DNA from: Clostridiales bacterium
Lineage (GTDB): Bacteria > Bacillota > Clostridia > Saccharofermentanales > DTU023
NCBI GenBank assembly: GCA_004556925.1
Contig: SFFI01000003.1
Span: 34,187 to 98,186, forward strand
Direction of reading: 5' to 3'
Length of the DNA: 64,000 nt
Every line of letters begins with the position of its first letter. Position 1 is the first letter of the stretch. Under the pieces are notes generated by a model that did no database searches, was not told the origin of the DNA, and was given only the letters and a program-made list of their open reading frames with translations. The position numbers and the translations under genes were made by a program. Shown piece by piece: positions 55,969-64,000 of this stretch.

Positions 55969-56052
55969 GTCATCATCTCCAATCTATAGGTCTATAGGAT
56001 TTTATGAGGGATTTTATGAGGAAAATCTCCTTGAGGGAGCCAAGGGCCCAAG

Positions 56053-58164
56053 CTATTCCACTAGGGTTTGGGCAATAAGCGCAGCCTGAACAACATGATT
56101 TTTCAGGGCCAAGAGGTCCAGCATATTGACCAAGCCATCCTGGTTAATATCCATCGCCAGGTCATAGGCCGTATCCACATTAATCTCACCGCGGATAACG
56201 CGCTCTCGCATGGCCTGAAAGTCTGTGAGATCGATATAACCGTCGCCGTTGGCATCCCCTAAAATAACCAGGGGAAACTGGTTAACCGCCTGGCCATTTT
56301 CTCTCAATTGAAGAAGAGAGCCTGTACCGGCTCTTTCTATCGCGTTTTGCCCGTCAGCAGCCAGTAACTCTATGTTATAACTGGGCGGTAAATTGCTGAA
56401 CTGGCTTTTGAGATAACTAGCAGCATTACTGCCCTGCAAGGGATCAGCCCCGTAGAGATAACCCAGGGAGGAAATCTGATAACTGGAGGAGGATATCTTG
56501 GGCAAACCCTCCGTATCTATATTGGCCGTGACTGGACTTTGTTCCACATAGAGTCGGTAGTTACGACTGACTCCGTTGTTTGCAACTACCTGCAAAATAA
56601 TTTCATTAGGACCGGGTCTTAACTGGTAAACCCCCATACCAGCTACTGTAGAATCAGGACTCCAGGCCAGGGCATCTACAGCCAGGCCACGGCTGGCCGC
56701 GGAGATTTCTAGCTTATATTCGTAGCGCTCAGGCCGAAAATTGGGAATAACCTGGCCGTTGACCCGGATAGCCTTCAGCCAGTTGTTGGGGTTGCCTCCG
56801 CCAGTCGGTGAAGGGGTCAGTTCGGGCATATCCAGGAAAACTGGGATGAGGAATTCCTTGGCTTCCTGCAGGGCCCCCATCTCAAGGTAGGCATTATAGA
56901 CATTGATGGCCTCATACTCAGGCGCCAGGACATTGCCCATGTATTGGTGGGTAAAGGGGCGGGTATAGCGAGAAACCAGGTTCCACTTCTGCAGGTAGAG
57001 GGTGTGTTGGTCTACATTAATATAGTCTTTGCCAATAAAAATGGCCCCACCCTTGATGGCCTTAGCCGGATCTGTCCAGGGGAAGAGCATTTCTGCATTT
57101 TTATAATCCGGATAGCCCGTAATACCATCGCGCGCCGTCACCAGTCCCATATACAGGGGGTCTCCCCCACCCGTGGCACCAATGTTGTAGAAGTTATAAA
57201 AGCCGCGCACATCTTCGATGTAGTCGCCAGATACGGAGTGAGAGCCAGCAGGGCTCACCTCTTGAATAATGCGAGACAGTAGGTGGTAGGGTGAGACGCC
57301 AGACACTTGACCGGCTTCTTCTAGCAAGCTGGCGTAGTCCGTATCCAGGCTTTGGCTTTGGCCTGCTTGGTCCAAGTAGGAGATAGGCGAAGCCGCCATG
57401 AAGGTATTGTTAATGACAGATACCAAACCGTGCCGGTAGGACAGGTCGGGATTATAGCGCTGGCTTTCAAATTGGAAAATCTGCACTTCATCTAAGAAAT
57501 TGCGAGGGTCCATCTGGAAGGCAATCAGTTCGGCAGAAGCCCCCACCCAACCCTGTTCATATTCCCGCCAGGAATTGGTGTAGTAGTTAAAATCCGCATC
57601 CGCCTTGGACTTGTATTCGGGAGGAGAATTGGCAATGACCAGGTTGACCCCCGCCCGGTACTCCCCCTTCAGAGCACGGTCAAAGGTGTAGTTGGTGTGC
57701 AAGGGAGAAAAAGTCCACTGGGGATAGGCCGCGTGTAGCTCCATGAGGGGGCCAATATAGGATTCCGGGAAGCCTTTAGCGAGCAGGTCTTGCCGGAATT
57801 CTTCGTTGCCCAGGCCCGGCATGACGGGTGGGAGCTCCAACTCATATTGGATCCGGATAAAAGCGGAAGAGACATAGCCATGCATATTGTTATACATGAT
57901 CTCGTACCAGGTGCTATTGCCAGCGACATCCTCGCCAGGAACCTCCCCTAAAACAGTGACTTCCACCCCTTTTTTGAGTTCCCTGAGGGGTTCGCGGGAA
58001 GTATCTGGATCGCGGCGCATATAGCTGGAAGGGTCTGCCGTCACAAATCCTGGTACGGGGTAGACAGGCTCTGCCTCCTGGTTTTCACGGAAAAACACCA
58101 GAACCTCCAGCAAGAGGAGGAGGATTAAAACTGCTCCGAGGAGGATCTTACCTCTATGCTTCAC
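56053..58164 (-). CDS. cell-wall hydrolase: TM anchor, SH3b, N-acetylglucosaminidase (GH73-like), beta-sandwich domain and C-terminal dockerin
   Basis: 703 aa. SH3-like GNSTWYEIMYNNMHGYVSSAFI. Glucosaminidase pattern FYNFYNIGATGG...AIKGGAIFIGKDYINVDQHTLYLQKWNL. Dockerin duplicated EF-hand-like repeats GDANGDGYIDLTDFQAM and DINQDGLVNMLDLLALKNHV. Confidence 0.7.
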   Translation of the reverse strand: MKHRGKILLGAVLILLLLLEVLVFFRENQEAEPVYPVPGFVTADPSSYMRRDPDTSREPLRELKKGVEVTVLGEVPGEDVAGNSTWYEIMYNNMHGYVSSAFIRIQYELELPPVMPGLGNEEFRQDLLAKGFPESYIGPLMELHAAYPQWTFSPLHTNYTFDRALKGEYRAGVNLVIANSPPEYKSKADADFNYYTNSWREYEQGWVGASAELIAFQMDPRNFLDEVQIFQFESQRYNPDLSYRHGLVSVINNTFMAASPISYLDQAGQSQSLDTDYASLLEEAGQVSGVSPYHLLSRIIQEVSPAGSHSVSGDYIEDVRGFYNFYNIGATGGGDPLYMGLVTARDGITGYPDYKNAEMLFPWTDPAKAIKGGAIFIGKDYINVDQHTLYLQKWNLVSRYTRPFTHQYMGNVLAPEYEAINVYNAYLEMGALQEAKEFLIPVFLDMPELTPSPTGGGNPNNWLKAIRVNGQVIPNFRPERYEYKLEISAASRGLAVDALAWSPDSTVAGMGVYQLRPGPNEIILQVVANNGVSRNYRLYVEQSPVTANIDTEGLPKISSSSYQISSLGYLYGADPLQGSNAASYLKSQFSNLPPSYNIELLAADGQNAIERAGTGSLLQLRENGQAVNQFPLVILGDANGDGYIDLTDFQAMRERVIRGEINVDTAYDLAMDINQDGLVNMLDLLALKNHVVQAALIAQTLVE

Positions 58165-58356
58165 GCTAATTCTCCTATCTCACGGCTAATCGGACCGGAC
58201 CCATACCGGCCAAGCCACATTTAGCTAAAATAACTGAAGCTATTCTAGCATTTACCGGGTGGAGAAAAGCGGGCAAAGGCCTGCAAAACCCATGTTTTAG
58301 GGCATTTGTTGGAAAGTTTTAGGACTCCCGTAACCTAATAGCAATAATGGCCTGGC

Positions 58357-58974
58357 CTAGGCATGACCTGCACGGAGGTCATCCAGGGTACGACCAAAGT
58401 CCTCTAGGCAATTTTCTAAAAACCAATTGACCTCCGGGCGGTCATAGGCCAAAAGTTTCTCGCGGGTGGACTCTGCGGCATCCTTGAACTCATGGTTGCC
58501 AAAGGCCAATTCGTCCAAGCATTTGAGGTAGGCCGAAAGGGTATCCGCCGCCTTCACGAGGGGTTTGGCTAGGGCAAACTCCTCGGCCTGGTCGCCAGCC
58601 CCCTCTTGGTAGAGATAGGCCCGATAATCTTCTTGCATATCTGCGGGGATACCCTGGACCATGAGGTCCAAGGCTTCCCCTTCTACTTCCTTAAAGGACC
58701 GGTGGATGCGGGTATTAAAGTATTTGATGGGGGTAGGAAGGTCCCCGGTAATAATTTCAGAGACATCGTGGTAGAGGGCCAGCATCACGCAGGTTTCCGG
58801 CCGAGGGCCCGGCAGGTTCGGGAAATAGGACCGGCGGATCAGGGCAAGGGCATGGGCAAAATAGGCTACCTCAAGGGTGTGCTCCTGGAGGTTTTCCGTC
58901 TGGGAGTTGCGCATGAGCGACCAGCGCTCAATATAGCGCATGCGGTGGAGCATAGCATAAAAATAATTTCCCAT
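58357..58974 (-). CDS. HD-domain 5'-deoxynucleotidase, YfbR family
   Basis: 205 aa. RMRYIERWSLMRNSQTENLQEHTLEVA and YHDVSEIITGDLPTPIKYFN align closely with YfbR. Confidence 0.8.
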   Translation of the reverse strand: MGNYFYAMLHRMRYIERWSLMRNSQTENLQEHTLEVAYFAHALALIRRSYFPNLPGPRPETCVMLALYHDVSEIITGDLPTPIKYFNTRIHRSFKEVEGEALDLMVQGIPADMQEDYRAYLYQEGAGDQAEEFALAKPLVKAADTLSAYLKCLDELAFGNHEFKDAAESTREKLLAYDRPEVNWFLENCLEDFGRTLDDLRAGHA

Positions 58975-59016
58975 AAGCGTATCCTTTCCCTCTCGTCCCC
59001 TAGGCTTTTATAATTT

Positions 59017-60162
59017 TTATATTTGGTAGATACTCTTGAAGCTCTCCGAGGCGTAGACATCCGTCATCCCGGCAAGATAGTCACAAATAATCCGGTCGCG
59101 GCTGGCCTGGGGCTCGGGGTGTTCTGCAGCAAATTTGGCTAGATTGGCCAAGACCGGAATAGGCGACTGGGCCAGGGCTTCTGGATCCTCTAAGCCCTGC
59201 TTGAAGGCTTCATAGAGCCCATCCACAATCTGGCGGGCAATAAATTCATAGCGGCGGACCTTGGCCGAGGCATAAATCCGATGGGCGTTGAGTTGCAGGA
59301 GTGCACTCATGGCCTGTGCCGGGCCAGGCGAAAGTTTAATCGCATCCTGGCCCTGGCTGGTTCGGATAATATCCGTCACCAAATTGTTGACGATATCCCG
59401 GTTACTGGCCCCCAAAGTCTGCTTAAGGTCGCGGGGGATATCCTCAAAGTCCATGAGGCCGGCCCGGGCTGCGTCTTCTATATCCCTGCCCAAATAGGCA
59501 ATCCGGTCGGCAATGCGTACCACACAGCCCTCTAGGCTGGCTGGTAGGGCATGGCTTTCCGCACCGGGATAGAGGTCTTTTTCAGTTTTCTCCCGGTTGG
59601 CATGGAGGTCCGTCTCCAGGTAGCGCTCTCCGCAGTGGGAAACGATGCCGTCACGGACCTCAAAACTGAGGTTGAGCCCTTGGCGCTTACCTTGGTGTTC
59701 CGCTAGGACATCAATCACCCTCAGGCTATGGACTTCATGTTTAAATTGGAAGCCTGACCCTTCTCGGCGGAGGATGGCATTGAGCTCTGCCTCACCAGAG
59801 TGGCCAAAGGGCGCGTGGCCTAAGTCATGGCCCAGGGCAATCGCTTCAATGAGATCTTCATTGAGTCGCAAGGCCTTACCGATGGTCCGGGCAATATAGG
59901 ACACATAGATCACATGTTCCATGCGGGTACAGACGTGGTCAGACCGGGGGTTAAAAAAGACTTGTGTTTTGTGGCGGAGGCGGCGGAAATCCAAGCTGTA
60001 AATAATGCGCCCCATATCTCTTTCGTAGGCTGTCCGGGTCGTACACGGGGCCTCTGGCTTGCGCCTGCCCCGGGACCGAGCCGCGGGTACGGCATAGGGG
60101 CTCAGGCGTTCTAACTCTTCCGCTTCTTTGATTTCCCGAATGTTTGCTCTTGGGTCTAACAT
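59017..60162 (-). CDS. dgt: dGTPase-like deoxynucleoside triphosphate triphosphohydrolase (HD domain)
   Basis: 381 aa. RTAYERDMGRIIYSLDFRRLRHKTQVF, TRMEHVIYVSYIARTIG and HDLGHAPFGH motifs. Confidence 0.8.
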   Translation of the reverse strand: MLDPRANIREIKEAEELERLSPYAVPAARSRGRRKPEAPCTTRTAYERDMGRIIYSLDFRRLRHKTQVFFNPRSDHVCTRMEHVIYVSYIARTIGKALRLNEDLIEAIALGHDLGHAPFGHSGEAELNAILRREGSGFQFKHEVHSLRVIDVLAEHQGKRQGLNLSFEVRDGIVSHCGERYLETDLHANREKTEKDLYPGAESHALPASLEGCVVRIADRIAYLGRDIEDAARAGLMDFEDIPRDLKQTLGASNRDIVNNLVTDIIRTSQGQDAIKLSPGPAQAMSALLQLNAHRIYASAKVRRYEFIARQIVDGLYEAFKQGLEDPEALAQSPIPVLANLAKFAAEHPEPQASRDRIICDYLAGMTDVYASESFKSIYQI

Positions 60163-60185
60163 ACCGGCTACCGCCTTTCCACGCC

Positions 60186-62576
60186 CTAGTCTAAGACATC
60201 TAGGTCAGCCATAGAGGCCATCATGTGCTTGGTCTTGCCCCCAAAGTCGATACTTAAAATCGCATCGGTACTGGTGCTTTCTTTCTTGATCAGGGTCCCT
60301 TCGCCAAAACGTTTGTGCCTGACCTTGGCCCCTGGCTCTAGCTGGCAGAGCTGGCTTTGCGCGCTGGGAGTGTTTGTGTGCAGGCTAGTCTTGGGCGCCT
60401 TGCGGGTAAAGGGATTTTCTGTCGGCTGACTCTTAAACCCTGACCTGGTGAGAAACTCCCCATCCCCGTAGCGAGAGCCCCCGCTTTCTTCAATCAAGCG
60501 GTCGGGAATTTCCTTGAGAAATTGGGAGGGTGGGTTATAGGTTGTTTTACCATAGATCAAGCGGGACTGGGCAGTGGTCATGGCAAGCCTTTTGCGGGCC
60601 CGGGTAATCGCGACATAGAAAAGACGCCGTTCTTCCTCCTCGTCTTCCGGGCTCAATAGTTTGTTGACATTGGGGAAAATCCCCTGCTCCACCCCCACAA
60701 TAAAGCAGGCATCAAATTCTAAGCCCTTGGCGGAGTGAATCGTCATCAGGGAGACTGTCTCCGCAGGGTCCTCCTCATCTCCCGCGGCAAAGAGAGCAGC
60801 ATTTTCCAGGAAGCTCCGGGTTAAGACAGGTAGGCTCAAGTCTCTCTGGGTCAAAGCACTTTGGTCATCTAGGAGAGCCTGGGTAAGCGCTCCCTCTCCA
60901 TAGCGGTCACTGAGCTCGGCAATTACTGCCAAGTCTGCGGCCTGGCGGTTGGCGAATTCCAGGGCATCAGACCGGAGTTCCTCCAGGTTTTGTAAGCGGG
61001 ATTCGGCTTCTAGGTTGAGCTTCTGATGTTCGGCTTGCCAAAAGCCATAGAGGCCAGATTCTTCTTCCACATATTTAATGAAGTCAGGGAAACTGACCTG
61101 GTTGGTCTGGGCAACTACACGCATCCGGTCGATCAAGGCGGCAAATTCCTGGAGGCGGACCGCCGCATGAGAGAGGTCTGGATACTGGTCAGCCCGACCG
61201 GCTACTTCCAGGGGGGAGACACCCTCATTCGTGGCATAGTTAAGCACCCGGTCTACTGTGACTTGGCCCAAACTCCGCTTGGGGGTATTAATCACCCGTT
61301 CAAAAGCCAGGCGATCGTGTGGACTGTCAATCAGGCGGAGGTAGGCCAGGACATCTCGGATTTCCTTGCGGTCATAGAAGCGCAGGCCGCCGTAAATCTT
61401 GTAGGGAATGCCCTCTTCCCTGAGGGCAAATTCCAGGTTACGGCTGAGGGCGTTGAGCCGGTATAAGATGCCTATTTGTGCGGGCGAAATAGGGTCCTCT
61501 GCCCTTTGACTGAGGCGTTTGATTTCCTGGGCAATCCACCTGGCCTCAGTATAGTGGTCGGCCGCCCGGTAAAATTGGATCGCTTCGCCGCCCTTACTGG
61601 AGGTCCAAAGTTTTTTCTCTACCCGCTTTTCATTGTTGGAGATAACCGCGTTCGCTGCCTGCAAAATAACGGGCGTAGACCGGTAGTTCTGTTCCAGCTT
61701 GACAATGTGGGCCTGGGGGAAATCTTTTTCAAAATTCAGGATATTCTCGTGCTGGGCCCCCCGGAAGGAATAAATAGACTGGTCATCGTCCCCCACCACA
61801 CAGAGGTTGCCATGGGCAGATGCCAGGAGGCGCAGGGTCTCGTACTGGACCTTGTTGGTATCCTGGTACTCATCCACCAAGATATGGCGGAAACGCCCAG
61901 CGTATGCCGCCAGCACCTCCGGGTTTTGCCGGAAGAGCTGGACTGCATAGAGAAGAATATCGTCAAAGTCCATGGAGTTTTGGTCCTTAAGGGCCTTCTG
62001 ATAGGCCAGGTAGGCCCTGGCTACATCCTGGTAATAGGCATGCTGCTGGCGGAAGCCCCTGGCTTCTTGGGCCTCATAGTCCTGGGGGCTCAGCATGTGG
62101 TTTTTGGCATGCGAAATCTGTCGGTGGGCATCGGCGGGCGGCAGGTAGTGGTCATCTATGCGCAGGTCCTTGAGCACCTGTTTGAGCAAGGTCTTCTGTT
62201 CGTCAGAATCCAGGATGGTAAAGCTATCCGTAAAGCCTAATAGCTCCGCATTGGGCCGCAGGATGCGCAGGAGCATGGAGTGAAAGGTGCCTACCCACAT
62301 GTGCCTAGCCACTGGACCCAGAAGCCCTACCAGGCGTTCTTTCATTTCGTTGGCCGCCTTATTGGTAAAGGTCAGAGCCAAGATTTCTGCTGGATGCAGA
62401 CCCTGAGCCACCAGCCAGGCGATCCTCCGGGTAATGACCCGGGTCTTACCGGAACCAGCCCCCGCAAAAACTAAAAGAGGGCCGCTGCCATATGAAACCG
62501 CCTCTCTTTGCGGTGGGTTGAGATCTTGGAGAATTTGCTGATTGAGTTCGGGGGAAGACAGTGGGTTTGAATACAT
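60186..62576 (-). CDS. pcrA: ATP-dependent DNA helicase PcrA (UvrD family)
   Basis: 796 aa. LNPPQREAV, AGAGSGKTRV, VDEYQDTN and TIHSAKGLEF motifs. Confidence 0.9.
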   Translation of the reverse strand: MYSNPLSSPELNQQILQDLNPPQREAVSYGSGPLLVFAGAGSGKTRVITRRIAWLVAQGLHPAEILALTFTNKAANEMKERLVGLLGPVARHMWVGTFHSMLLRILRPNAELLGFTDSFTILDSDEQKTLLKQVLKDLRIDDHYLPPADAHRQISHAKNHMLSPQDYEAQEARGFRQQHAYYQDVARAYLAYQKALKDQNSMDFDDILLYAVQLFRQNPEVLAAYAGRFRHILVDEYQDTNKVQYETLRLLASAHGNLCVVGDDDQSIYSFRGAQHENILNFEKDFPQAHIVKLEQNYRSTPVILQAANAVISNNEKRVEKKLWTSSKGGEAIQFYRAADHYTEARWIAQEIKRLSQRAEDPISPAQIGILYRLNALSRNLEFALREEGIPYKIYGGLRFYDRKEIRDVLAYLRLIDSPHDRLAFERVINTPKRSLGQVTVDRVLNYATNEGVSPLEVAGRADQYPDLSHAAVRLQEFAALIDRMRVVAQTNQVSFPDFIKYVEEESGLYGFWQAEHQKLNLEAESRLQNLEELRSDALEFANRQAADLAVIAELSDRYGEGALTQALLDDQSALTQRDLSLPVLTRSFLENAALFAAGDEEDPAETVSLMTIHSAKGLEFDACFIVGVEQGIFPNVNKLLSPEDEEEERRLFYVAITRARKRLAMTTAQSRLIYGKTTYNPPSQFLKEIPDRLIEESGGSRYGDGEFLTRSGFKSQPTENPFTRKAPKTSLHTNTPSAQSQLCQLEPGAKVRHKRFGEGTLIKKESTSTDAILSIDFGGKTKHMMASMADLDVLD

Positions 62577-62739
62577 GGAAGGTCCTTACTGTAGACGGGG
62601 CTGCAGAGGGAGTGCAGACAAGTGGGCAGCTTAGGCTGCAGAGGAATAACGGATATCTTAAAGTATAGAGGAAATAGGGCTGAGGACAAGAGGAGGGGCC
62701 ATAAGCCCCTCCCTAAAATGCTAAATTGTGGTTGAGAGT

Positions 62740-63282
62740 TTAGTATTCCGGTTCCAGAATACCGTAGTCGCCATCATGCCGCTTATAGAGCACACAAACC
62801 TTGCCCGTTTCAGGGCTCAGGTAGAGGAAGAAATCATGGTCGATCAATTCCATTTGCAGAGCGGCTTCTTCGGGATCCATCGCATCAATCACGAAGCGTT
62901 TGCGCCGGGTAATCTCGGGTGTGGCTTCCTGGATTTCTTCTTCCGTTAGGGCCGGCAACTGGTCCAGATAGTCATCCATGTAAGATAGGTCGCGTTTACG
63001 CTTTTTCAGCTTGCTCTTGTGCTTGCGGATTTGGCGTTCCAGGTTATCAATGGCAGCATCCAAAGCCACTTTGGCTTCGGGAGCCGTGGCTTCAACCCGG
63101 TAGATATCCCTGTGTATCTTCAGGGTAATTTCTACTTTAACATCTTTTTGGTCGGGTTGGACTTTGACCGTGGTGACAGCCTCATCACCAAAGAAACGAT
63201 GGAATTTACTAAGTTGGGATTCAACTTCTTCGCGCAATCTGTCGTTGACCGACATATTAACGCCAGTGATTTCAATTTTCAT
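62740..63282 (-). CDS. hpf: ribosome hibernation promoting factor (long form)
   Basis: 180 aa. MKIEITGVNMSVNDRLREEVESQLSKF plus the C-terminal dimerisation domain (FFLYLSPETGKVCVLYKRHDGDYGILEP). Confidence 0.9.
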   Translation of the reverse strand: MKIEITGVNMSVNDRLREEVESQLSKFHRFFGDEAVTTVKVQPDQKDVKVEITLKIHRDIYRVEATAPEAKVALDAAIDNLERQIRKHKSKLKKRKRDLSYMDDYLDQLPALTEEEIQEATPEITRRKRFVIDAMDPEEAALQMELIDHDFFLYLSPETGKVCVLYKRHDGDYGILEPEY

Positions 63283-63451
63283 ATGCGAATCCTTTCTCTC
63301 TTCTACTGGTCATTACAGCTTGGGCTTAGGCACCTGGCCTAAGCCCAATTTTAATGACTACTTATATTATAGAACTAGGCCCAAGCCAGGTAAAGCCAAG
63401 TTAACACTTAGGCAAGCCTGACTTGATTTGACTTGGTTGCAGCCGCTTTAA

Positions 63452-64000
<549 letters not shown>

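Noticed and set aside
61476-62240. 254-aa plus-strand ORF
   Set aside because: It lies antisense within pcrA and has no recognisable motifs.

Overview
This 64 kb chromosomal window looks like a moderately GC-rich Firmicutes (Clostridia-like) genome. Nearly all genes are on the minus strand; only four plus-strand genes are convincing. All product names come from motif recognition in the supplied translations and from manual translation. No database search was run.

The housekeeping backbone includes:
- sbcCD, serS, the rpmG-secE-nusG-rplK-rplA-rplJ-rplL cluster with an L10 leader, and glgB
- a cobalamin nucleotide-loop cluster (cobT, cobU, cobS, cbiB), uppP, ppdK and glyQS
- rpoZ-gmk-remA-yicC, uvrC, a Crh-like HPr, tsaE, tsaB-rimI and rpsI-rplM
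- a DD-carboxypeptidase, folC, two HD-domain nucleotide hydrolases, pcrA, hpf and gap

Two genes are cut by the window edges and are absent from the ORF track: an FtsX/MacB permease (1..891) and gap (63452..64000). The 54-aa rpmG is also absent from the track.

The most unusual region is an AT-rich accessory segment at about 31.7-35.8 kb, between a MATE gene and ppdK.
- It carries a half-size ABC exporter, a small four-TM protein and a 46-aa signal-peptide micro-ORF.
- It also carries an IS110-like transposase remnant.
- It is bracketed by ~200-bp inverted arms. Each arm has three 31-bp-phased copies plus one inverted copy of a 16-bp motif (TTGCARSTAATGGRTG).
- Next to it lie a 130-nt long hairpin and a separate ~35-bp inverted-repeat pair.

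Other items worth follow-up:
- an intact UvrC fused to a complete calcineurin-type metallophosphoesterase
- a P-loop/Asp23 fusion protein
- a threonine-synthase-like protein lacking the PLP lysine, translationally coupled to a DD-carboxypeptidase
- a membrane-anchored cohesin-like protein next to a dockerin-bearing glucosaminidase
- duplicated CobU-like genes
- an ABC-ATPase / large beta-sandwich envelope protein / FtsX operon
- a mazEF pair

No rRNA, tRNA or CRISPR array was recognised.
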